Shown: positions 53,620-64,000 of the stretch, piece by piece | How the letters are laid out: each line of letters begins with the position of its first letter | How positions within the stretch are numbered: position 1 is the first letter of the stretch | NCBI GenBank assembly: GCA_964016885.1 | Contig: OZ024742.1 | Span: 102,734,001-102,798,000, forward strand | Direction: 5' to 3' | DNA: 64,000 nucleotides | Source: Eledone cirrhosa | Taxonomy: Eukaryota | Made by a program: the position numbers and the translations under genes | Notes under the pieces: generated by a model | Told to the model about the DNA's origin: nothing | Seen by the model: only the letters and a program-made list of their open reading frames with translations | Database searches by the model: none

Positions 53620-54060
53620 TCTTCTTCGCCCACTTATTTCTGAGAGGACTGTGAGGGCAGAGTCCTCAAGCACTCCTTCTAGAGGGTCCTATCAGAAGCA
53701 ACCATTTCCAAATGATCCGGCTGAATCCCCAATTGAGACCAGACAATCTCATGGATGTTATCAAATCATCTTGCTCGGTATCTACCCCTGGTTCTCCTGC
53801 TGGCTGGTTTTGCATATAAAATCTCTCCAGCAATTCTTGTCTGAGACATTCTAACCACATGTCTGTCCATAGTATCGGAGCTGTAATCTCTCAATTTGGA
53901 GAAGTAACAGCTCTACCTGGAATGATTCTCTTATCTCTGAGCGATGCACTCTATCGAGTAACGTTACTCTAAAGATCATTCAGAAGAACCCCATTTCAGC
54001 CACTTGTATTCACGATCATATTTTTTGGGTCATTACCCAAGATTCATGACCATAGGTAAA
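53620..54060 (-). mobile_element. RTE-type LINE fragment (second family)
   Basis: The minus strand gives degraded WLGHVVRMSQ..RLP-like and G.RPRGR-like motifs. Related fragments lie at about 52230-52420, 20080-20160 and 63270-63450. Confidence 0.6.
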
Positions 54061-56194
54061 GGCAGCATGAATAAAGAACAGGTTGCAGGTTGCGGATAGC
54101 AATATGGCCATCAGATATGATGGCTAGTTGCGATATAAGCAGGCAACTGCTGGACGAATAAGCAGCCCTGGACCAACAGCAGTAAACTACTAGGGGAGAT
54201 GGAGTAATAGGGGACACCTGTAGCACCCAAGAAAAACTCTCATAACCCAGTGACAAAACTATGACAAGATGAGTAAAGGCCGCTTCTAAAGAAGCCTAGC
54301 CTTTGTGGGCTTGACAAAGTACTAGATTAGTGACTGGCGCGAATATGACCACTGAAATAATAAACTAATTTTTAACCTGGTGTTTGGAACATAAAGGATT
54401 TTATATGAAATTGTGATGGAAGGTTTTTAAGTATATATAAATAGTTTGCAACAAACAGCTTTGTATCACAAAACCTCAGTGGTTTCAGGCAGTTTAGTAT
54501 TAAAAGTGTTACAGTTCTGCATGTATGTTAGAAATCAATTAACTGTATAAAACGTGAAACTTGGTATTATTTAAGCTGGAATTACTCATTGCTTCCTTGC
54601 TCATAAATTCAGCGTTCCATTCAATGAATTTTGAAGTGAAAGCTTTTGTTAACCAGTCTTTGGAACAGAGGAGATGCTAAACTTAGAAAGTAGTGTTGAC
54701 ATAAAACATTATGTTTAACTACCTTACTAAAGGAGAAGGAAGGTGAACAAAATTTATTTAATTTAAATAGCTATCTGTTAGTGAAATATAATAATGTTTC
54801 GAAATTTTAAGGAGATATCTAGGTAGGGATGTGATTGGCGATTGAGGTTTGATGTCGACATAAAACATGTTTAACTACTTTACTGAAGGAGAAGAAAGGT
54901 GAACAAATTTCATTTACTTTAAATAGCTATCTGTTAATGAAAAATAATGGTTTCTGATTTAGGCACAAGGCCAACAAATTTTGGAGAAGGGGAAAGTCAA
55001 TTAAATCAACCTCAGTACATTACTGGTACTTTATTTTATTGACCCTGCAAGAATAAAAGGCAAAGCTAATCTCGGCAGGATTTGAACCCAGAATACAAAG
55101 GGACGTAACTATATGCTGCAAAACATTTTGTCCAACACTCTACCAGTTCTGCCAATCCACTGCCCTCGTATATAAACAATTTACAACAAACAGCTTTGTA
55201 TCACAAAACCAGAGTGGTTTCAGGCTTTCTGGTATCAAAAGTGTTACAGTTCTGCATGTTAGAAATCAATTAATGAAAAATAATAATACTTCTACACAAT
55301 TCTAAGGAGATTTCTAGGTAAGGGTGTGACTGGCAATTGAGGTATGGTAATAGTTATATCTGTTTAAGACTGAGTATACAGAGCCTTACTAATACTCATT
55401 TTAACAAGTTTGATGAGGTATAAGATTGTTGTTGTTTAGCCTCAGGTCAGCTGGTTCAAGTAGACCTATGATCAAAAGTTTGCAATCATCATGTCCTTTT
55501 GGTTACTACATAGTTCAATATGTCCTCTCTTTGTTTAAGAATATAGTGTGTCATTTGAAGTAAATGAAACTGCTATTTCTTGCAGGTCTAGGGATCATCC
55601 ACAGGCATTGGAATTAGGCTTGAGATGTAAAAAGTAGATAATTGTTGTGAGAATTGAATGTCAAACTATAAGACAGCAAACTCAGTATTCAGTATTTAAT
55701 ACAATGTTCTGCTATCTGAAACAAATCTTTTATTTTCAATACATCCCTATATAGTGATTTATTACTTAGTCATGTTAGTCATAATTGATTAGCAGTATCA
55801 GTAGCGCATCAGACAAAATGTTTTGTGGCATATAGTTGCAAATTCTCAGTTCAAATCCTGGCAGGGTCAGCTTTTCCTTTCATCCTTCTGGGCTCTATAA
55901 AATTAGTCCAGTCAATTACTCTCTCCCTTCCCCTCAAATTGCTGGCCTTGTTCCTAAAGTAGAAATCACTGTTTAGTCATGTTCACAAATTTGTAGGAAA
56001 AGCTGTTGAGATTGAGTGGCATTTGTAATTTTCTCCACAGTACTTAGTGGTGTAATTGAATGTGAATCGGCTTAAAACTGAGAATTGAAACTGAACTAAC
56101 TGCCTGGTAAATTTGGCTGATGAGGGACATTCATATAATAAAACACTAATTTGTGTACACAAAGAAACAGATACAAACATTACACAAATATACA

Positions 56195-56550
56195 TATGCT
56201 ATGTAAGTGTGAAAGAAAGGCAAAGCTTGGACGAGCTGAGAGAAAAGCTGGGTTTAAGAGGAAACTAAGGTGATGTGCAAGAGAGAAAACTACATTGGTA
56301 TGGACATGTGATGAACATGGATGATGATCACTGAGTGAAGAAGTGCCAGGAAATCCCAGTAGAAGGAAGCTGCTGTAGAGCTAGACCAAGAAAGACTTGG
56401 GCAGAGGTTGTGAGAGCTGACCTCAAATCACTGAGACTCACAGAAGAGATGATGAAGGAACACAGCGAGTGGTAGGATGCCATGCTCAGAAGGACTTATT
56501 CAACCCATGCAAGCATGGAAAAGCAGCTGTAAATACGATGATGATGATTA
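56195..56550 (+). mobile_element. RTE LINE 3' fragment
   Basis: Encodes ELREKLGLRG..LHWYGHVMNM..KKCQEIPVEGSCCRARPRKTWAEVV and ends in CAACCCATGCAAGCATGGAAAAGCAGCTGTAAATACGATGATGATG. Confidence 0.85.
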
Positions 56551-57448
56551 GGAGAACTCTGAAGCTGTGCCATAGACATGACAACCAACCTAGTGTTAGA
56601 TTCACCCAGTACACTCTGTAAAATGATTGTTGATGGAGAGGCCATCCAGTCATTGAAACTTGCCAAACAAAGGGTCAAAAGGACTCTTCAGTTGTGCCAA
56701 AGACATGACAACCTCCCTAGTGTTGGTGATTTACACAATAAAATGGTTGGTGATAAGAAAGCCATAGAAAACAATAAAATGCACTCAGTAGTTTATGAGA
56801 TTGTTATATTGGGCTCCTAGTTCCCCTGGACATTTGTGGCTCTGTTTAAGTACTGACTGGCCCATGCTGACACATCCAACCTTTGCTAGCAGGGGAAACG
56901 GATGCTAAACAATGATGAGGATGAATCGTGTACATTCAAATCCTCCCATAAATGAGTTGTATCTGTAATTCAAAAGGCTAGCCTTGTCATACACAGTGTC
57001 ACACTGAATCTCCCTGAGAACTATGTTAAGGATACATGTGTCTATGGAAAGCTCATCTGGAACACATTGTCTGATTTGGCTTTCTGCTTCCTCTGGGATA
57101 ACTTATTGAAATGTGAACGAAATTGTACCTAGGTTTGACTCATTTGCATAATGGTATGAGCTTGATGGGTTTATGTGTGAAAACATTAAGTGTGCTGCAA
57201 TATGTACTGTAGGAAAATTTGGTGAGAATAATATGTTTGCACTACAGGAGTTATGAAGGTCGGCTGTAAATATCATAGCATGGCCAAGATAGTCTCATGG
57301 AATAACAAAATGAGGTTTATTTTTCAACATAGCCCCTTATAGGAAACAATGCTGTTATTAATAAGAAGAGTTCAAATTAATGAATGCAAGATTTCACAGC
57401 TCTAGTATCATTCCTTCATAGTCAGCCTATGAATTTGTATTACCTTAA

Positions 57449-57817
57449 ATAATTGTTTCTACTTTAGGCACAAGGCCAGCAATCACCCAGTGCATTACTG
57501 GTACTTTATTTTATCGACCCCGTAAGGATGAAAGGCAAAGTCAACCTCGGCGGGATTTGAACTCAGATCATAAAGGGACGTAACTATGCTGGAAAGCATG
57601 GTGTCCGTATCTCTACTGATACTGCCAATCCAAATAATTGTTTCTACTTTAGGCACAAGGCCAGCAATCACCCAGTGCATTACTGGTACTTTATTTTATC
57701 GACCCCGTAAGGATGAAAGGCAAAGTCAACCTCGGCGGGATTTGAACTCAGATCATAAAGGGACGTAACTATGCTGGAAAGCATGGTGTCCGACCCTCTA
57801 CTGATACTGCCAATCCA
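57449..57817 (-). mobile_element. Near-identical tandem dimer of SINE family A
   Basis: Two adjacent units of about 185 bp differ at only a few positions. Confidence 0.9.
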
Positions 57818-58415
57818 AATAATGTAGTGGTTTTACAACCTCCTCCCACCTTATATTTATACATATACTAGTGAATTAATACCACCAATAACGTTGACCA
57901 TATTTCGTTTTTGGAGTCCATTGCTAGTATTCCATATATACTAAGATTGTTGGATACATGAACAATAGTACAAACTAGGAAATTAATAGTTTGCATTAGA
58001 GAAACCATATAGTTAATGTTGAATACTGGCATGCGGAAGTGATTAAAGATAAGAATGATATTTTAATAATTTATTTCTAGAATATAATTACATAAATCTT
58101 CAGTATATGTGTACAAATAAATAAGCGACTTACAGGATTAAATGTATGAGTAACTTTGGAGAAATATAGTATTTACAAGGACAAATGTAAAATTAGACCC
58201 AGGACTCTGTGATTAGAAAGCGAACTTCTTATTGTAGCAATATAATTGATATAAGAAAATCATTTTAAATATGTGTCAATTTTAAAAATCTACAAACAGA
58301 TATAAACAAGACCGAAATATTGTGAGGGGATTACGTCACTGTAATCAAATCGAATCTAGTACGAGAATAGTTTAGAACCCGGAAGCAAACGACCATCCCC
58401 GTGTTAATAGTAATT

Positions 58416-58428
58416 TCTAATTTTAGAT
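58416..58428 (-). terminator. Putative snRNA 3' box
   Basis: Minus-strand ATCTAAAATTAGA lies about 25 nt past the U12 3' end and resembles the GTYY-N-AAA-RNN-AGA 3' box consensus. Confidence 0.4.
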
Positions 58429-58453
58429 AGTTATTTTAATGGGGTTGTTACCC

Positions 58454-58570
58454 CAGGCAGATCACATCTACCCTAGCGACCCGCGAAAGTAGGCGGGCCA
58501 CCAAGGGGCGACCTGAACCCGTGCAAAAATACGTCACAGATGAGACTGTGGAGTCAGGCATTACCCTGAC

Positions 58571-58601
<31 letters not shown>

Positions 58602-58603
58602 AT
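58454..58603 (-). ncRNA. RNU12: U12 minor spliceosomal snRNA
   Basis: The minus strand reads ATGCCTTAAACTAATGAGTAAGGAAAATAACGAGTCAGGGTAATGCCTGACTC...TATTTTTG (Sm site)...GGTCGCCCCTTGGTGGCCCGCCTACTTTCGCGGG...GTGATCTGCCTG. This matches the metazoan U12 5' end with its branch-point-pairing GUAAGGA, stem-loop II, Sm site and stem-loop III with the CCUACUUU loop. Length is 150 nt. Confidence 0.96.
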
Positions 58604-58644
58604 AACTTGATGAACGCACTGGCAATAATATATAGTATCAACTA

Positions 58645-58670
58645 TATATTTCTACTGCTGGTGTTGCTGT
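58645..58670 (-). promoter_or_regulatory. Putative snRNA proximal sequence element (PSE) of U12
   Basis: Minus-strand ACACCAGCAGTAGAAA lies about 45-60 nt upstream of the U12 start, the expected PSE position. It resembles the TCACC-type PSE only loosely. Confidence 0.4.
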
Positions 58671-61063
58671 CTTTACAATCACATGTAATTAATTTATTTC
58701 TGAATCTAGTTGAAATGTATTATTGTAAGTCACTAAAGTTATGTATTTGTTAATATTTCTGTGTAGAATATTTTTAATTATCGCAAGATTTATTTAAATA
58801 AAAGACACTTTTCGATTTAGGTTTATATTGAAGTAAGAATATTTGCTGTGTCACGTTGCAATGACGAAGGGAGGTAACTACGTGTTCTCGTTGAAAGTTA
58901 TTTTAACAGCATGTTTTTGTTTATTATGAGTCACGTAGCCTACAAGTTGTTGAGCAGCAAACTGTGATCATGTGATGTTCATACTTTCTCTAATAATAAT
59001 ATTATCGGTGTCTCTGAAACATCACATAACTGTTATATGAAATTAAACTCCCAGCAGTGAGGCGCCGAAAGACTAAATAGTGAGTCTTGTTACTCTGGAG
59101 TTTCGCCTGTTTATCACAGGGTCATAAGACAAATATATATGTATGTATATACATATGTGTGTATATATATATATGTGTGTAAATATATATATATGTGTGT
59201 GTGTGTGTGTATATATATATATAATGTGTGTGTTTTTCTTTATATATTTGTTTACAATCTACTGTCTCTCACTACATTATAAGTCAGAACTATGAGAAAA
59301 CAAACCCTATACTATTACATCGTTTGAACGTCTAACTAGGAAGAACCGAATTATAATATCTAATATATATTTATATATATATAGTTATTTAAAAAGTCTA
59401 CTTCTGTCCTCGCCATACACAGAGCCCTTGCTACATCTAACTAATATCAATCGATGTCCAGTTTTTAGTAATCTTTCAATTGGGTTTCAATTCCTTGTAG
59501 AAAGTTTACTTCACTTACGTCGTCAATGTTTGCTTCATCGAGATAGTTGACACCTCACTACCTATGTATTTTAACCATTTCGTTACTATATTTCTAATAA
59601 AAGACATTGACTATAATGATTAAATGAAGGAATAATTTTATTTTATCAAGGTGTATAAAAAAATATACAATATAATTCATTGAACAATAATAATAAAGGA
59701 GGAAAAGAAATAATTTTGAAAATTATTAAGAAGTTGAAGGGATTTAGTAATGTAACTAACTTTTGCTAGTGTTTTGAATCTAACTTTAAGTCTTACATAA
59801 CATTATGATAGGATATTTTTAGATAAATATAAACACTTAAAAACAGTTTTTTTTTAAATTGTAGAAACGAGTGGTTTCAGGCAGTTTGGTATCAAAAGGA
59901 ATTTTGCGCCTTTAAAAAAAACCATGAAAGTTTTGTTTATCACCTTCGACGCCTAATCCCAGTCATATTCAGGACTGTGGTACAAAATAGGGCCGATAAT
60001 TAATCACACGAGGCTAAAATAGCGCCGATAATTAATCGTACGAGGCTAATTTCCTATGTAAGAAAATACTTGGCGACCACGATATATTTCCATCCGAGAG
60101 TTTGTATATAATAAGAAAATTAATATAATAACACAGTAATGAGTGACAATAATAGTGATAATGGAAATGATATGTATTTATAATCTCAGGCATCTCTAAT
60201 TGAATAGGCCTGTTATCAAAGGCATTCCAGGCGTGGCATGATCGTCTTTTTCTAGGATCAACTCATCTAATGTATCTTTCCTTACCATATTTCAACTGAA
60301 AGAAACTGCCTATAATTGTGAAAATAATCAAGAATTTGGAGGGATTTAGTAATATAACTTTCTCATTAAGCTGGTATTTGGAACATAACTCGAGAAAGGT
60401 TCTTACATAAAATTATGATGGGAAACCTTTAGGTAAATATAAGCACTTTAAAATAAACAGATTTGTATCATAGAACCATGGGCGGTTTCAGCCGCGTTCG
60501 TATAAAAAGATGACTGTAGTATTTGATATAAGTATGATATGGCTGCTACTTTTAGCAAGTTGAGCGACCGCGTATAGGCTCCCATGGTAATAAAGTTGTT
60601 TAGCCACACAGGTCTGTTCCGATAGAAGAGATAAACTATGATAAAAAACGTTTATGTTGTGAATATCTTGTCTTTTTTTGTATATCAAGTATTACATTTC
60701 TATAGTGTCCGTTTTAAAGTCTGTAAAGAAAGATTTGGCTGCTATTTCTAGCAGGTGGATCGACCACGTAGTGTCTTTTTTTAGGATGGCGTCAGCAATA
60801 GAGATGTATTCATTTTTTTTCTTTTCTTTTATAAATTTCTTTTCTGAAATATCCCTATGCATTTTCCCAGTGTATCAAAGGCTGGACAGGTATATGTAAA
60901 TAAAGATTTCAACTATGTATTTTACTCACAACTTTTAACATATAGTAGCACTACTGCCGACTGTATTTAATAGAACAACTCACCGTGTTTGTAATCAACT
61001 CAATCAACTAACAACTCTTTTCGTGACCGTATTTCGAATGAAATACATTGTATTTAAATTAAT

Positions 61064-61248
61064 TAATTGTTTCTACTTCTGGCACAAGGCCAGCAATTAT
61101 CCAGTTTATTACTGGAACTTTATTTTATCAATCCCGTAAGGATGAACGGCAAAGTTAACCTCGGCAGGATTTGAACTCAGAGTGGCAAGGGCCGTAACTT
61201 TATGCGTCAAAGCATGGCGTCCGACCCTCTACCGATACTGCCAATCCA
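61064..61248 (-). mobile_element. SINE family A
   Basis: Full-length copy inserted inside a TTAA-type MITE. Confidence 0.85.
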
Positions 61249-61799
61249 ATTTTGAGGGATCTTTATGTATACAAGGATTCGGTATGTGGCACTTTAATCT
61301 GGCGAAACTCATTTCTTTTCCAAGTGTGAACGCAACCGATTTCTTAGAGAGAGAGAGTATCGATTCCAGTACTTTATTAACCTCTAGAGAATGAAAGGCA
61401 AAGTTTTACTAAGAATTACTAAAATTATTATATGATTAAGATGGTATTTGTAATATAACTTAAAAGTTCTTATGTCAAATTATGTTGGGAAGTTTTACAG
61501 AATCTGAACCTATTTTGGGTATTAAAAGGGTTAAATTCTTGTTGCTGGAGCACTGGTTAGTAATCTTTATTTTGTTTAGTTTAGTGTTTATAATGTATCT
61601 TTAATTTCTCAATTTGTGTGTATCTTGTTTAGAATAGGTTCACCGTTGTAAGAAGTGACAAAAAGGTTGGTGTTAGGAAGGGCATCCGACTGTAAAATAT
61701 TCCTTCAATATGTCCTGTCCAACCCATGTCCGTATAGAAAAATCGATGTAAAAATGATGAAGATGATGGATGTGGTTAGTTGTTGATCTGCCCGTGAAT

Positions 61800-62310
61800 T
61801 ACTGTAGGTTGCCTCAACAATAATTACAACTTGTTGAAGATGGTTGATCTGCGGCTTTTATGTACCTATTCAAGTAGGTGTATGGAAGCAGTGCAAATCT
61901 GTTGTAAGGTATTTAGATTGGGTGTGAATGACACCTGTATGTGGATAGTTATGAAGGCGTGAAGGGTGGTTTTATCTGCATTAGCAGGTAAGTAGAATGC
62001 TAATTGTACAAAGGAAAGTGCATGGGACACATAACCAAATATTGGCGTACATCAAAGTTGATATGAAGTGTGGGTTACAGATATCTAATTGATCATGGGC
62101 TATTTTGTTGAGATCAAATGCATCAAACACTGCTTTTACTTGAGTTTTCAGAAAACCTGGCATCATGGAAACCATACTGATGATGATTAAGGATGGAGAG
62201 AGAAACTGAAGGTGATAACAAAGGTGGTGGTTGTTTATGACTTTTTCTGAATGTTGAGGTTCTGGAACTGTGAACAATTGATCAGGATCAGAGAGGTTAC
62301 ACTTAATGGA
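61800..62310 (-). pseudogene. Possible highly degraded non-LTR RT fragment
   Basis: VKAVFDAFD and TLMYAN resemble the DLKAAFD and LYADD motifs; the match is weak. Confidence 0.3.
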
Positions 62311-62318
62311 GATTGAAC

Positions 62319-62391
<73 letters not shown>

Positions 62392-62392
<1 letters not shown>

Positions 62393-62743
62393 ATGATATT
62401 AAATAAATGGAAACTATATTTATAAAACCATATTTATTCTATTATATATATTTCAAGGGTACCAAAAACTTTGGTACGCTTTCATCAGATAAAATACAAA
62501 GTGTGTTTTATAAATTTTGACATAGCCAAGGAAACATACCTTATCAGTTGAATTTTCCTATCCAAGGAAAATTCAACTGATAAGGTATGTTTCCTTGGCT
62601 ATGTTAAAATATGGTTTTATAAATATAGTTTCCATTTATTTAATATCATTGAATATTTACTCCAGAAATCTGTCGAGTGCTATGAATCAGTTATAAACAT
62701 TTATATTTGTTCAATTTCCAACAAATTAAATATCCCTTCTACT
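62392..62743. mobile_element. Non-autonomous Penelope-like fold-back element in (TA)n, same family as 21044-21355
   Basis: Inverted repeats at 62392-62435 and 62607-62650, an inner hairpin with 46-bp arms at 62514-62610, an HHR, and a tail homologous to the 21 kb copy (AAATCTGTYGAGTGCT...ATCAGTTATAAA). Confidence 0.7.
62435..62496 (-). ncRNA. Minimal type I hammerhead ribozyme (same family as 21086-21151)
   Basis: Minus strand: TATTTTAT CTGATGA AAGCGTACCAAA-gtt-TTTGGTACCCTT GAAA T-ATAT-A TA ATAGAATA. Stem II differs in sequence from the 21 kb copy but still pairs. Confidence 0.82.
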
Positions 62744-62757
62744 TATATATATATATA

Positions 62758-62964
62758 AGTATTAAAGTTTCCGTTGAAAATTAAAAAAAGTCATAGTTAC
62801 AGAGCTAAATTTAATGTATAATAAACAATACAATATAATTACCTCATTACCAGAGGTTTCCCGAATAAGACGAATACAAGAAACGGAGGACGTTTCTTGT
62901 ATTCGTCTTATTCGGGAAACCTCTGGTAATGAGGTAATTATATTGTATTGTTTATTATACATTA
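62758..62964. mobile_element. Perfect palindrome with 74-bp arms and a hammerhead 3' half
   Basis: Arms at 62812-62885 and 62891-62964 around a GAGGA loop. Each arm carries CGG GAAA CC-TCT-GG TA ATGAGGT. A unique tail lies on the left and (TA)n flanks both sides. Confidence 0.65.
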
Positions 62965-63039
62965 TATATATATATATATAAACATATATACATATATAAA
63001 AGGGAACCATAAATCTGATGAGCTATCGATTCCAGAGTC

Positions 63040-63270
63040 ACTCATGTAATAAAGTGAAGACAGTCATCATTGTCCCAGTGGTGATTGGTGTTCTTGGTAG
63101 TAAAATGACAGGAAATGATATGAAAATGTTGGAGTTGCCCTAGGTTACTAGTTGTAGCCTGGTATTCCCTAAAATAACCGGCCCAAAGCAACGTCGAAGT
63201 TGGCTGTGCTAAATATTTAAATAACAATAATATTGGTATGTGGTTAGAATGTCTCAGGAAAGCATTGCTG
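63040..63270 (+). mobile_element. R4/Dong-like LINE restriction-like endonuclease C-terminal fragment
   Basis: Encodes KTVIIVPVVIGVLG, followed later by LRKAL, typical of the VPVVIGALG...LQKA motif. Confidence 0.5.
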
Positions 63271-64000
63271 GACAGATTTTACAGGCAAAACCAGCCAGCA
63301 GAAGACCCAGAGGTAGACTCCTAGCAAGATAGTTGGTTAACATCCATAAGGTTGGTTAATCTCACTTGGGCATCCAGCCAGATCAGTTGGAGATGGTTGC
63401 TTCTGGCAGGACCCACTGGAAGGAGGAAGAGGAAAAGAAGAAGAAGAATCTATTTGGAAAGCTAGTATAATTCAAATATAATGGTGGAACTAGAGTAGAG
63501 TTAAGTAAAAATAAGAAAACAATAGTTTTTGCCCTATATTTCATAATATTTCAAGGTTAGAGCCACTTTTGCAAATGAAGAATGAAAAAAATTGGAGCTT
63601 ATATGGCTATTCTTTGCTAGTGGAAGTAGGTCAGTGGAAATGTAACATATTTAGACAATTAATAGTAACTAGTACCAAGTAGCTCAGATCTGTTGCTAAT
63701 ACTAGGTTTATTCCTTTGATCCACAAATGACCAACTTTTAGAGGTTAAGCAATGCTTACTTTGCTTCTTAGGAATACATGCTTCTGCAAAATTAGGAGGA
63801 GTGTGTCCTGCCTGAAGAGGGAGCCCCAAAAAATAGAATGCTGAAGCAATAAATGTTGGTTCTTCTCTTTAGCGAAGCGTTTGTCGTTATGTCCGTTGGG
63901 TGCAGCTAAGATATTCTTTCTAGCCCTAGACTGGCGTGTAGAGTTTGCTGCTCCTCTACCATTTCCTCTTACTTATGTTATTTGATTTTTTTTTCATTTT

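Noticed and set aside
58465-58480. CTACCCTAG resembling a telomerase RNA template within a structured region
   Set aside because: It does not match CTAACCCTA, and the region is fully explained by U12 on the opposite strand.
63010-63060. CTGATGAGC motif; also CTGACGA at 26297 and CTGATGA at 18310
   Set aside because: No appropriately placed GAAA, stem III or stem I.

Overview
This is AT-rich animal genomic DNA, saturated with (TA)n, (CA)n, (GA)n and (GAT)n microsatellites, SINEs, LINE fragments and MITEs. The SINE repertoire suggests a cephalopod, probably Octopus (inference). I found no intact host protein-coding gene; almost all listed ORFs are microsatellite translations or retroelement debris. 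The one clear host gene is a U12 minor-spliceosomal snRNA (58454-58603, minus strand). The most striking unexplained structure is a set of short, non-coding, mostly (TA)n-embedded elements carrying minimal type I hammerhead ribozymes (HHRs) or their 3' halves. They come from several unrelated sequence families, concentrate at 20.7-29.8 kb and 62.4-63.0 kb, and are often fold-back palindromes that turn inside hammerhead stem II, resembling non-autonomous Penelope-like (PLE) units. The window also holds an internally deleted RTE derivative headed by an HDV-like ribozyme, nested DNA transposons with clear target-site duplications (TSDs), a 77-bp minisatellite, and weak evidence for a spliced minus-strand non-coding transcript. 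All structures were read by eye; no database search was run.
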